Assembly: GCF_032444005.1 (NCBI RefSeq)
Contig: NC_091285.1
Span: 10,292,001-10,356,000, forward strand
Reading direction: 5' to 3'
DNA length: 64,000 bases
DNA from: Ranitomeya imitator
Taxonomy: Eukaryota
Both the position numbers and the translations under genes were made by a program. The notes under the pieces are model-generated. The model did not search any database. It worked only from the letters and a program-made list of their open reading frames with translations, and had not been told where the DNA came from. Shown here one piece after another: positions 1 to 13,863 of the stretch. Each line of letters opens with the position of its first letter. Within the stretch, counting starts at the first letter, position 1.

Positions 1-946
1 CTGTCAGGAAGCAGAGATCTTCAGAAGAGTTAGGAATTTATAAAGTTGTAAAACTTTTCTCATATTTGACAGCTTTGGGGTAAGTGAGAAAAAGCCTGAG
101 AGCGACGGGAAGGTGAAAAGAGGAAACGACGCGGCCGGGTGCAAAAACAAAAGCCATGAATAAAAGATCTCACCCGGTGGGGAAGAAAAAACGCGGCCTT
201 CGTCACTTTCCCATTCGCGGGCACGTCAGCACATGTATAAAACATGAAGCGTATCGCGCTCTATCACAGTTATCTCTATCTGGAGCTGACTCCATTCACT
301 TCAGCCGGCAGAGGAGGCGATATAAAGTAATCACGTCCTAAAAGGGGTGCCCCCACCTTATAAGTGATGGTGTATGCTATTAATTTAGGATCAGACACTC
401 GCTGCTCAGAGTAAAGGGGACGCAATACTAAAACAGCACTGTGGCCCTTCAGCAGTATTTATCACGGCACCCCTGGCGAATTTAAAAGATTGGACCTTCA
501 CAGATCTAAACTCTCAGTTCTAAAACAATTTTATTTTACAATTTATTTATTTATTTTTTTTTAAATCCCACAAGGGACCGCGATGGGGTCCTTAAACAGG
601 CCCTTGGAATCTCAGAAGAGCAGAGATCGGATAGAACAAACCCCTCTCCAAAAAACTATGCACTTAACCCCTTTGTGACCGTATAACGTATATGTTATAT
701 AGAGCTGGTGTAGAAGCTGTGTTGTACAGCCAGCACCAGCCTTTAACAGCTGTGAACAGAACTACCTCTGATTGCTGCTGTTTAACCACTGACAGTAACA
801 TTTAAATGGCTGTGCTTCGGTCCCCATTGCCATACTCCTAACTGTGATGTGATTGCAGGACAGAAAACCTCCCATCGCTGCTATGTCGGTCCTTCTGTGA
901 CTAAGCTTCATAGGGGAACGTTAATTACTCTATATGCTACAACACT

Positions 947-1085
947 ACTACGTGGCTGGGCAATATACTACGTGGCCGGGCAATATACTATGTGGCTGGG
1001 CAATATACTACGTGGCTGGGCAATATACTACGTGGACATGCATATTCTAGAATACCCGATGCGTTAGAATTGGGCCACCATCTAG
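947..1085 (+). mobile_element. Helitron-like 3' end fragment with an internal 20-bp minisatellite
   Basis: About 4 x GCAATATACTACGTGGCTGG, then hairpin cccgat-gcgttaga-attggg and terminal CTAG|T at 1082-1086. Confidence 0.55.
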
Positions 1086-2381
1086 TTACTCTATATGCTA
1101 CAACACTGACGAACTTTGGTCTAAAGAACAAGCGATCAAATGTTCGGCAAGTTCATGTACTTGGCACATGCCAGGAAGGGGTTAAAATTGCAGCATCCTG
1201 GATCCATCACAATTATAGGAGAGACGCTGACCTCTAGTTACCCCTCAGTACAGAGCACGGCGGCATCTGGTGGCAAACCCCCTGCGGTACACACTGGGCC
1301 AGCCGGAGCACGCAACCCTATTATCAGGCTTCTCGGAGATCCAGATGTGCGGGATTATATAAATGGAGACGTGACACCAGGAGCTCGGCGGTGGCACCAC
1401 ATGAGTTCACTCGTCCGGAAAACCAATTACGGCTTCATCAATCCTAGATTGCTTTTCTATTTTGCAGCCACGACAAACGGGAAACGAGCGGCCGATCTGA
1501 CCCGTGAAAGCAAAAATTAAACTTTACCAATCTATATGGAGACGTTGGCAGGCGCCGGGGCCTGACCTTGGCCTCGCTCCGATGCTTCTCCAAGTCCTCC
1601 GATTTCTGACATCTCAGACCGCGCTGCCGTGTTAGGTTGGCGATAAATGGGCAGAGGTCAGATTCGGACCTTGAGCCGTGCCGCCAGAAAATTATCAATT
1701 TCCGCCACGGCCGACATTTTTTGCTTTTTTCCTTCCCTTCTCGAGTCAAAACTTTTTCCATCTTTCTCTCCCCGTCGCTTGAGCCAACACCAGACGTGTC
1801 ATATATGTCCCCCGCCCGCCTCCGGTGGTGCAGAATTCCTCCAGACCTCGCGGGTGACTAATCGCTCGCTCCGTGCGGCCGTGTCTGTGACACTGTCGCC
1901 TCCTCTCGAGGCCTGGAATCTGACATTAGCGATAACCACAATCGCCAGAGTGACGATAATAATTCTATTACCCGGCCGGGCCGCGTCAATCAGACGGAAT
2001 TCACACCATGTTTTGTTTTTTCTTTGAGGACCCGGCCCCAAGGGGCAATTCCTACAACTGATTACACGGAGCAGAAGTTTTCATTTTCTATTTTAATTAA
2101 TATTTTCCTTTAATCTGAGGGATAAAAAAAAAATATTCGCTTTTAATTGACCAATTATCACGGTCTATGCCACGAAAAAAGGGAACGGCGCGGCACAGAG
2201 GCAGCAAAAGGGCAATGCAAAGTCTCAGGTTGTATTGTCCTATGGCATGGGTTACCTTAAAGGGGCGCTCCGGCCTAAACTGGATGGGGGATTGCTGCGA
2301 GATCGGTGTCATTTACGCACCATAAATGCGTCCAACTGCAACCATGATGGTGGGGGTCCGACACACAGGTGCGTGACTCAC

Positions 2382-2534
2382 CTGAGCCCCGGTCACCTGG
2401 CAGCTGTACATGCCGGTAATGGTGTCTATCAGGTTGTGAGCTTCGTCGATGATCACCACCTGCTGCTTCAGCTTGATGCCGGACGCCCGGCGGGTGCAGT
2501 CATGGAGCAGCGTCTGGTAAGGGAGGACCACCAG
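2382..2534 (-). CDS. DDX11: DDX11 exon 10 (DEAH motif II)
   Basis: ttccag|CTG GTG...CAG|gtgagt; [51 protein letters not shown]. Confidence 0.97.
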
Positions 2535-5500
2535 CTGGAAAACAGACATTAAAAGGGGCGGTGAGAAGCGGCCGCCGGCCGTGTCTGGTATTACGATTAG
2601 TCAGGACACAGCACCACTCCTTTCGTAGGCCATGTCTGGTATTACACCTGAACCCATCTTTCTGCATCTCTGGTTCCACTGCCAGCGCTGTCGTGTCCGC
2701 TCACCTGTGCGGCAGGGACGGCGTAGCGGCTGGCATAGTAGGGGCACGCCATCACCTCCCGGGCCTGAGTCACCAGCTGCTCAATGTCCTTCACCTCCAG
2801 GAGAATCTCATCCCGCAAAAACTGCATTTGATCGTAGGAATAGAAGGGACAAGTCGCCTGCCCTCCGCGCTTCCTCTTCCCCTCCGGCTCCTCGTTCTTC
2901 TTATCTGGAAAGTAAGAGGGAAAAATCATAAATGATGACCGTGCCCCCCGCTGCATCTTTTGGTCACTGCACTTTTCTAAAAAAAAGTAATAAAAAATGA
3001 TGAAAACAAAAAAAGCCCCCGTATGGCGGGACGTTTCTCCCCCTCACCGTGCTTGGTCTTCTGCATCTCCATGCAGCGGTCGTTGATGAGCTGGACGGAG
3101 CTCAGACGCCGCACGTCCTCGTTCACACACATGTTCTGCAGAGAAACACAGAGAGAAGCAGCACTAGGACAAATGGATATAACTTTTCTGACTGTTACAT
3201 ATATATACACATACATAAAATAAGAATATTGATGTGAATACCTGCCGAGACCCCAGGGACACCAGACGAGTCTCTTTCCCAAATGGACTTTTCTGTAGTT
3301 CATGGACAAACTGGGAAAGCTGAGAGTGAGTGCGGCTGCAATAATAAATCTGTGCAGAGGGAGGAAAGTAAGGGTTAATAGAGATAATAATGGCGGACCA
3401 CGGTCCTGATCCCATCTGTCATCAGATTATACTCTTGCCGAGAAACGGAGAAGATATTCACACCGATCCTGCAGCCACCACTAGGGGGAGCTCCCTGTAT
3501 ACAGATACATGATAAGATCCTGTCTGCAGCCACCACTAGGGGGAGCTCCCTGTATACAGATACATGATAAGATCCTGTCTGCAGCCACCACTAGGGGGAG
3601 CTCCCTGTATACAGAGATACATGATAAGATCCTGTCTGCAGCCACCACTAGGGGGAGCTCCGTGTATACAGAGATATATAAGATCCTGTCTGCAGCCACC
3701 ACTAGGGGGAGCTCCCTGTATACAGAGATACATGATAAGATCCTGTCTGCAGCCACCACTAGGGGGAGCTCCGTGTATACAGAGATATATAAGATCCTGT
3801 CTGCAGCCACCACTAGGGGGAGCTCCCTGTATACAGATACATGATAAGATCCTGTCTGCAGCCACCACTAGGGGGAGCTCCCTGTATACAGAGATACATG
3901 ATAAGAACCTGTCTGCAGCCACCACTAGGGGGAGCTCCCTGTATACAGAGATACATGATAAGATCCTGTCTGCAGCCACCACTAGGGGGAGCTCCCTGTA
4001 TACAGATACATGATAAGATCCTGTCTGCAGCCACCACTAGAGGGAGCTCCCTGTATACAGATATACATGATAAGATTCTGTCTGCAGCCACCACTAGGGG
4101 GAGCTCCCTGTACACAGAGATACATGATAAGATCCTGTCTGCAGCCACCACTAGGGGGAGCTCCCTGTATACAGATACATGATAAGATCCTGTCTGCAGC
4201 CACCACTAGGGGGAGCTCCCTGTATACAGAGATACATGATAAGATCCTGTCTGCAGCCACCACTAGGGGGAGCCCCCTGTATACAGAGATACATGATAAG
4301 ATCCTGTCTGCAGCTACCACTAGGGGGAGCTCCGTGTATACAGAGATATATAAGATCCTGTCTGCAGCCACCACTAGGGGGAGCTCCCTGTATACAGATA
4401 CATGATAAGATCCTGTCTGCAGCCACCACTAGGGGGAGCTCCCTGTATACAGAGATACATGATAAGAACCTGTCTGCAGCCACCACTAGGGGGAGCTCCC
4501 TGTATACAGAGATACATGATAAGATCCTGTCTGCAGCCACCACTAGGGGGAGCTCCGTGTATAGAGATATATGATAAGATCCTGTCTGCAGCCACCACTA
4601 GGGGGAGCTCCCTGTATACAGAGATACATGATAAGATCCTGTCTGCAGCCACCACTAGGGGGAGCTCCCTGTATACAGAGATACATGATAAGATCCTGTC
4701 TGCAGCCACCACTAGGGGGAGCTCCCTGTATACAGAGATACATGATAAGAACCTGTCTGCAGCCACCACTAGGAGGAGCTCCCTGTATACAGAGATACAT
4801 GATAAGATCCTGTCTGTAGTCACCACTAGGAGGAGCTCCCTGTATACAGAGATATATGATAAGATCCTGTCTGCAGTCACCACTAGGGGGAGCTCCCTGT
4901 ATACAGAGATACATGATAAGATCCTGTCTGCAGCCACCACTAGGGGGAGCTCCCTGTATACAGAGATACATGATAAGATCCTGTCTGTAGTCACCACTAG
5001 GAGGAGCTCCCTGTATACAGAGATATATGATAAGATCCTGTCTGCAGTCACCACTAGGAGGAGCTCCCTGTATAAAGAGATACATGATGAGATCCTGTCT
5101 GCAGCCACCACTAGGGGGAGCTCCCTGTATACAGAGATACATGATAAGATCCTGTCTGCAGTCACCACTAGGAGGAGCTCCCTGTATACAGAGATATATG
5201 ATAAGATCCTGTCTGCAGCCACCACTAGGGGGAGCTCCCTGTATACAGAGATACATGATAAGATTCTGTCTGCAGCCACCACTAGGGGGAGCTCCCTGTA
5301 TACAGAGATACATGATAAGATTCTGTCTGCAGCCACCACTAGGGGGAGCTCCCTGTATACAGAGATACATGATAACATCCTGTCTGCAGACACCACTAGG
5401 GGGAGCTCCCTGTATACAGAGATACATGATAAGATCCTGTCTGCAGTCACCACTAGGAGGAGCTCCCTGAATACAGATACATGATAAGATCCTGTCTGCA

Positions 5501-8500
5501 GACACCACTAGGGGGAGCTCCCTGTATACAGAGATACATGATAACATCCTGTCTGCAGACACCACTAGGGGGAGCTCCCTGTACATAGAGATACATGATA
5601 AGATCCTGTCTGCAGCCACCACTAGGGGGAGCTCCCTGTATACAGAGATATATGCCAGGAGCAAGCGACACTACTCTGTCCTCCTTCTCCTGGACTTGTC
5701 TTCTGCCTTTGACACTGTAGACCACTCCCTTTTGCTACAAATCCTCTCATCCCTTGGCATCACAGACTTGGCCCTTTCCTGGATCTCGTCATATCTGACA
5801 GACCGAACATTCAGTGTCTCCCTCCCCCACACCACCTCCTCACTTCGCCCCTTGTCAGTCGGTGTTCCTCAAGGCTCTGTTCTAGGACCCCTACTCTTCT
5901 CCATCTACACTTTCGGCCTGGGACAGCTCATAGAATCCCACGGTATGCAGTACCATCTCTACGCCGATGACACGCAGATCTACCTGTCCGGACCTGACCT
6001 CACCTCCTTACTTACCAAAATCCCACACTGTCTGTCTGCCATTTCAGCCTTCTTTTCTGCTCGCTTTCTACAACTGAACATGGACAAAACAGAATTCATC
6101 ATCTTTCCCCCATCTCACTCTACCCCTCCACCAGACCTATCCATCAATGTCAATGGCTGCTCACTATCCCCAGTCCCACACGCCCGGTGCCTCGGGGTGA
6201 TCCTCGACTCTGCCCTCTCTTTCAAGCCACATATCCAAGCCCTTGCCTCCTCCTGTCGTCTCAAACTCAAAAATATTTCCCGGATCCGTGCTTTCCTTGA
6301 CCGCAACACTGCAAAAACGCTAGTGCATGCCCTTATCATCTCCCGCCTCGACTACTGCAACCTCCTACTCTCTGGACTCCCCTCTAGCACTCTGGCACCA
6401 CTCCAATCCATCCTACACTCTGCTGCCCGACTAATCCACCTGTCCCCCCGCTATTCCCCAGCCTCTCCCCTGTGTCAAGCCCTTCACTGGCTTCCTATCG
6501 CCCAGAGACTCCAGTTCAAAACCCTCACACTGACATACAAAGCCATCCACAACCTGTCTCCTCCATACATCTGTGACATGGTCTCCCGGTACCTACCTAC
6601 ACGCGACCTCCGATCCTCCCAAGACCTCCTTCTCTACTCCCCTCTCATCTCTTCTTCCCATAACCGCATCCAAGACTTCTCCCGTGCTTCCCCCATACTC
6701 TGGAACTCTCTACCCCAACACATCAGACTTGCGCCTACCATAGAAACCTTCAAAAAGAACCTGAAGACTCATCTCTTCCGACAAGCCTACAGCCTGCAGT
6801 GATCCTCAACCTACTGAACAGCCGCACAGCCAGCTCTTCCCTCTCCTAGTGTATCCTCACCCACCCCCTGCAGACTGTGAGCCCTCGCGGGCAGGGTCCT
6901 CCCTCCTTATGTACTCGTGTGCCTTGTTATCTGCTCATGTTTAATGTATTTGTCTATATTTGCCCCGTATTCACATGTAAAGCGCCATGGAATAAATGGC
7001 GCTATAAAAATGTATAATAATAATAATATAAGATCCTGTCTACAGCCACCACTAAGGGGAGCTCCCTGTATACAGAGATACATAAGATTCTTTCTGCAGT
7101 CACCACTAGGGGGAGCTCCCTGTATACAGAGATACATGATAAGAACCTGTCTGCAGTCACCACTAGGGGCTCTGTATACAGGAAGCTCCCCCTAGTGGTG
7201 ACTGCAGACAGGATCTTATCATGTATCTCTGTATACAGGGAGCTCCCCCTACTGGTGGCTGAAGACAGGATCTTATGTATCTCTGTACACAGGGAACTCC
7301 CCCTAGTGGTGGCTGCAGACAGGATCTTATCACGTATCTTTGTATACAGGGAGCTCCCCCTAGTGGTGGCTGCAGACAGGATCTTATCATGTATCTCTGT
7401 ATACAGGGAGCTCCCCCTAGTGGTGACTGCAGACAGGATCTTATCACGTATCTTTGTATACAGGGAGCTCCCCCTAGTGGTGGCTGCAGACAGGATCTTA
7501 TCATGTATCTCTGTATACAGGGAGCTCCCCCTAGTGGTGGCTGCAGACGGGATCTTATCATGTATCTCTGTATACAGGGAGCTCCCCCTACTGGTGGCTG
7601 AAGACAGGATCTTATGTATCTCTGTACACAGGGAACTCCCCCTAGTGGTGGCTGCAGACAGGATCTTATCACGTATCTTTGTATACAGGGAGCTCCCCCT
7701 AGTGGTGGCTGCAGACAGGATCTTATCATGTATCTCTGTATACAGGGAGCTCCCCCTAGTGGTGGCTGCAGACAGGATCTTATCATGTATCTCTGTATAC
7801 AGGGAGCTCCCCCTAGTGGTGGCTGCAGACAGGATCTTATCATGTATCTCTGTATACAGTGAGCTCCCCCTAGTGGTGACTGCAGACAGGATCTTATCAT
7901 GTATCTCTGTATACAGGGAGCACCCCCTAGTGGTGACTGCAGACAGGATCTTATCATGTATCTCTGTATACAGGGAGCTCCCCCTAGTGGTGAATGCAGA
8001 CAGGATCTTATCATGTATCTCTGTATACAGGGAGCTCCCCCTAGTGGTGGCTGCAGACAGGATCTTATGTATCTCTGTATACAGGGAGCTCCCCCTAGTG
8101 GTGGCTGCAGACAGGATCTTATCATGTATCTCTGTATACAGGGAGCTCCCCCTAGTGGTGACTGCAGACAGGAACTTATCATGTATCTCTGTATACAGGG
8201 AGCTCCCCCTAGTGGTGGCTGCAGACAGGATCTTATCATGTATCTCTGTATACAGGGAGCACCCCCTAGTGGTGACTGCAGACAGGATCTTATCATGTAT
8301 CTCTGTATACAGGGAGCTCCCCCTAGTGGTGAATGCAGACAGGATCTTATCATGTATCTCTGTATACAGGGAGCTCCCCCTAGTGGTGGCTGCAGACAGG
8401 ATCTTATGTATCTCTGTATACAGGGAGCTCCCCCTAGTGGTGGCTGCAGACAGGATCTTATCATGTATCTCTGTATACAGGGAGCTCCCCCTAGTGGTGG

Positions 8501-11500
8501 CTGCAGACAGGATCTCATGTATCTCTGTATACAGGGAGCTCCCCCTAGTGGTGGCTGCAGACAGGATCTTATCATGTATCTCTGTATACAGGGAGCACCC
8601 CCTAGTGGTGACTGCAGACAGGATCTTATCATGTATCTCTGTATACAGGGAGCTCCCCCTAGTGGTGAATGCAGACAGGATCTTATCATGTATCTCTGTA
8701 TACAGGGAGCTCCCCCTAGTGGTGGCTGCAGACAGGATCTTATGTATCTCTGTATACAGGGAGCTCCCCCTAGTGGTGGCTGCAGACAGGATCTTATCAT
8801 GTATCTCTGTATACAGGGAGCTCCCCCTAGTGGTGGCTGCAGACAGGATCTTATCATGTATCTCTGTATATAGGGAGCTCCCCCTAGTGGTGACTGCAGA
8901 CAGGATCTTATCATGTATCCCTGTATACGCGGAGCTCCCCCTAGTGGTGACTGCAGAAAATTATGGATGGAGAAAATTAGAATATCATCATTTACCTCTA
9001 TGTCCACACAGAGGATTTGGAGCTTTATCCCGCCACTCCCCCGCTATGAGAAGCCCAGAACGCTGCTCTTTCTAGATGCTGGTGCAGGGTTATCTCCATC
9101 TTTTCGCTGAGGCAGTACATTATTATCTTTATACGTTTGGACGGATGCTGCAGATCTGAATTATCGGCGTTGGGAATATTAATGATTAATGCTGGAGCTG
9201 AGATCTATACATTGCTCTTTTTGCCGCGCTCAGGACAATGTTAGGCGCCGTCACTTCTGACGTTTTGCAGCCACAGACCCTATATCCATCAGAGGGGCCG
9301 GTAATTCTGCAGTAATGGGATTACGGCCCGGAAAGGCTAATCTCCTGATTGTCAGATGTTGCATTATCCGAGGTCTCCGGACGCTGCCGAGGTGGTTGGC
9401 GGCTGGAGAGGTCAACAGGGCATGAAATCAATGGTGGCTTTTCTTTCTGCTTACCTTCGTCACATGCTCTTCTTCACAATCATCCTCATCATCCGATCTG
9501 GCAGCAGACGAGAAAGAGAGAAGAAAAAGTAAAAATGTACAGAAGGATGCGGCCGCCCCTCCGTATAACCTGTCCGTCTGTGACTCAGTATGGCGGACCC
9601 CGGGGCTGCAGACGTGTCGCCCACAGGGAAGGTAAATCTCAGCCGCTTCCATAAAGAGGGGCCGGGCGATACTTTTGACAACAGCATTTAAATGGTTAAA
9701 CAGCAGTGATCGAAGATCAGTTCTGCTGTTAGTGGCAGGTGCCGGCGGTGCACCGCCACCACAGCCGCTCCGTGCAGCGCCACCACAGCCGCTCCGTGCA
9801 CCACCACCACAGCCGCTCCGTGCACCGCCACCACAGCCGCTCCGTGCACCGCCACCACAGCCGCTCCGTGCACCGCCACCACAGCCGCTCCGTGCACCGC
9901 CACCACAGCCGCTCCGTGCACCGTCACCACAGCCGCTCCGTGCACCGCCACCACAGCCGCTCCGCGCACAGAAGTGTCTTAAAGAAACTGCTAAGTTTAA
10001 AGGGGAAGACACAAATGTAAAGTCATATACACTACGTGTGGTCGAGAACTACAAGTGCCATACTTTCTGCCTTCTTTCTTCGTCTCCTCGTCACTTTGAT
10101 ATTCAGCGAGGAGCAGCTCTTCCTCTCCTTCCTCCAGGCTCGGGCCTTCCCCTCCGGGGGACAGTATCTGCTGACTGAGCCGGAGAAGACGAATCGTCTC
10201 ATCATCCTCTTCCCTCTGGAGAAGAAATAGAAAGAAAAAAAAGAGAGAGAAACTTATGAGGCCGAGATGTTCAATCCTGCGAGGAGGATCCACACGTCCC
10301 GGATACGAGGGAGAGAAATGATAAAGTGTGAAAAGATCTTGTAGGAGACGTGAGGATGTAACGGGGGAAGAGTTCAGCTCCGGAGGCGGACAACATTCAT
10401 TTATCTTTATGATACGGTCAATGGCGTAAAAGAAAAAAAAAAAAGAAAGGATGAACGTCGGCCTCACACAGACGGTCAAGTAAAGGGATTGTCTAGAAAA
10501 CCGGCCATCGCTGATAAGACTACAGAGGTGGCCGGCGAACTAGGTCGACCTGTAAGAAAGGTCACGAGCCTCCGCACACGGCCTGGCCATGTGGGCCCCT
10601 TTATGTTGCCGTCCTCGCTGACCTCACCTTTCTCTTGGAGGCGAACTTCAGCTGGACGTTACGTCGCATCTGCTCCAGTTTCTCTTCTCGTTTTTTCCTT
10701 CGCAGCTGATCCTCCTGCAGGAAGAAAAAGAAAAAAAGCAAGTAACTGAGCGGTCAGTCTCACAAGGACGGTTTCCATTCACTGACTGCAAGCCGAGGGG
10801 CGGCAAATCCATGAGCGGCACCAGGGGGTTCTGCTCACAGCAACCAAAACAATAGCATTAAACCAAATAAATCGGCCTCCGTAAAAAGGTGGAAGTCATT
10901 GATTCTAATAAGAGCAGGAAAGAGTTAAAACTTTAAAAAAAAACCTCCATGCTTTCATTTTTCATGGAGTTGGTGAATCTGTTCGAGGCGCATAAAAATA
11001 TCACATAAGTGCGCGAGGTATTAAAAATAGATTGGGGGGGAGGAAGCGGTGGTTTTTAGACAGCGCCATTTATTATTTAACATCGCGGGATCGTGTTATT
11101 ACGACGGAGACCCCTCCGGCTGACAGGATGGGAGATAATGCAGGGAAATGGCAAGGAGAGCAAATATGTCGCCTGCAGGCGCCGCGGCGTATAAACACAG
11201 CCATTAACAGAAGCCTCTGCATCTATGAATAAATGCTGCCACCTGCAGTCGAGCAGCGGGTACTGCGGCCACGCACAAGATTCCACGTGGCCAATTTTCA
11301 TTCCCTTCTAAGAGCCCGAACCTTTTAGTTTCCATCCCCGCAGCCGTTCGAGGGCTCGATCCGTCGTAGAGCCACATTTACTGTCCCGCACCTTTATCTT
11401 GTTCTTCACGTCCATCTCTTCTTTCTTCTGTAAGAACTGGGTCACCCAGTCGGGCTCGGCCGTGGATCCGGTGACTGTGGAGCCGACTTTCGGTTCTGCC

Positions 11501-11899
11501 GCCAGCGCTTCGGCCTCCTCCTTCCGCTTCTTCTCTTCAAAGTCCCGCAACCAAGTCAGGGAGCCGCAGATCAGACTCAAGGACTTGCCCTGCGGAGATA
11601 CCAGGACTGGTGAGGATATTACATGGGAGACGTCCCTGCAGCCAGATCCCATCAGGTCGCAACAGCCGCAGTCATCTGACGGAGACCAAACATTTCTGCC
11701 CTCGTCCCCCCGGGGCGTCTCGAATCCTCACCGTGCCTGTAGGACTCTCAAATATCCCGACTTTCCCAGCCTCGAGCACCCGATAAAGCTCCGTCATGAA
11801 CTGCTCCTGGATGGGGTACGGCGGGAAGGGGAAAGGGAACGTCACAGGGTCCGCGGGGCGGGACGTCACAGGGTCCGCGGGGCGGGACGGCACATCCAT
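2382..11899 (-). CDS. DDX11: ATP-dependent DNA helicase DDX11/ChlR1 (Fe-S, XPD family), 3'-partial spliced CDS: join(11899-11732,11589-11392,10714-10628,10215-10064,9497-9455,3349-3242,3135-3048,2904-2705,2534-2382) = 1197 nt, 399 aa; continues beyond left edge
   Basis: Joined translation has [15 protein letters not shown] (Q motif), Walker [32 protein letters not shown], four Fe-S cysteines (NMCVN, DRCME, TCPFY, ACPYY) and [10 protein letters not shown]. All introns GT-AG; phases sum correctly. Confidence 0.97.
2705..2904 (-). CDS. DDX11: DDX11 exon 9
   Basis: ttccag|AT AAG...CAG|gtgagc; ...[30 protein letters not shown]...[15 protein letters not shown]. Confidence 0.96.
3048..3135 (-). CDS. 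DDX11: DDX11 exon 8
   Basis: ctgcag|AAC ATG TGT...CAC G|gtgagg; [29 protein letters not shown]. Confidence 0.96.
3242..3349 (-). CDS. DDX11: DDX11 exon 7
   Basis: cacag|ATT TAT...CAG|gtattc; [36 protein letters not shown]. Confidence 0.96.
3465..5653 (+). repeat. 57-bp minisatellite, left arm (about 38 units) in DDX11 intron 6
   Basis: Unit GATCCTGTCTGCAGCCACCACTAGGGGGAGCTCCCTGTATACAGAGATACATGATAA, with 54/55-bp variants and a local 169-bp higher-order period. Confidence 0.97.
5654..7027 (+). mobile_element. L2-clade non-LTR retrotransposon, 5'-truncated, uninterrupted RT C-terminal ORF 5696-6802
   Basis: [49 protein letters not shown]; 3' stem-loop AGCGCCAT-ggaataa-ATGGCGCT (6981-7003); (TAA)n tail; splits one satellite unit (gagatatatg|ataagatcc) with no TSD. 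Confidence 0.95.
7028..8958 (-). repeat. 57-bp minisatellite: about 2.5 forward units (7028-7169), then about 31 inverted units (7170-8958)
   Basis: Reverse complement of the 3465-5653 unit from 7170 onward. Confidence 0.97.
9455..9497 (-). CDS. DDX11: DDX11 exon 6
   Basis: ctgccag|A TCG GAT...ACG AAG|gtaagc; [14 protein letters not shown]. Confidence 0.9.
9745..9968. repeat. 24-bp GC-rich tandem repeat (about 9 units), DDX11 intron 5
   Basis: Unit GTGCACCGCCACCACAGCCGCTCC. Confidence 0.95.
10064..10215 (-). CDS. DDX11: DDX11 exon 5
   Basis: ctccag|AGG GAA...AGA AA|gtatgg; [18 protein letters not shown]...[14 protein letters not shown]. Confidence 0.9.
10628..10714 (-). CDS. DDX11: DDX11 exon 4
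   Basis: ttcctgcag|GAG GAT...AGA AAG|gtgagg; [29 protein letters not shown], 87 nt. Confidence 0.92.
11392..11589 (-). CDS. DDX11: DDX11 exon 3
   Basis: cag|GGC AAG TCC...ATA AAG|gtgcgg; [21 protein letters not shown]...[14 protein letters not shown]. Confidence 0.95.
11732..11899 (-). CDS. DDX11: DDX11 first coding exon (exon 2); acceptor 3 nt before the ATG, exon starts 11902
   Basis: ttattaccag|GAC ATG GAT GTG...ACA GGC ACG|gtgagg; [56 protein letters not shown]. Confidence 0.95.
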
Positions 11900-12061
11900 G
11901 TCCTGGTAATAAAAGGGAGAACATGAAGGAGGACGAGGAATATTCTGCAAAAGAAGGAAATTCTTCTAACCAGACATAAATAATAACATTTATGCCTATA
12001 ACCACCACTAGGGGGTGCACGGTTGGTCTTCATATATTTAGGAGGTCTGGTCTGGGGTCTA

Positions 12062-13008
<947 letters not shown>

Positions 13009-13038
13009 TAGATATTTCAGGGGTGTGGTCTGTATATA

Positions 13039-13863
<825 letters not shown>

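Noticed and set aside
664-900. TTAA|CCCCTT start of a piggyBac-type MITE
   Set aside because: No matching right end found; too decayed to delimit.
1-2381. Search for DDX11 exons 11 onward; small ORFs 1140-1520, 1444-1761, 1647-2027
   Set aside because: No LxQAHSQLxQY or KRLKAKN-like exon with splice sites found; the ORFs show no recognisable homology. Treated as intron 10.
3481-9075. Many repeat ORFs on both strands ([19 protein letters not shown] etc.)
   Set aside because: Products of the 57-bp satellite.
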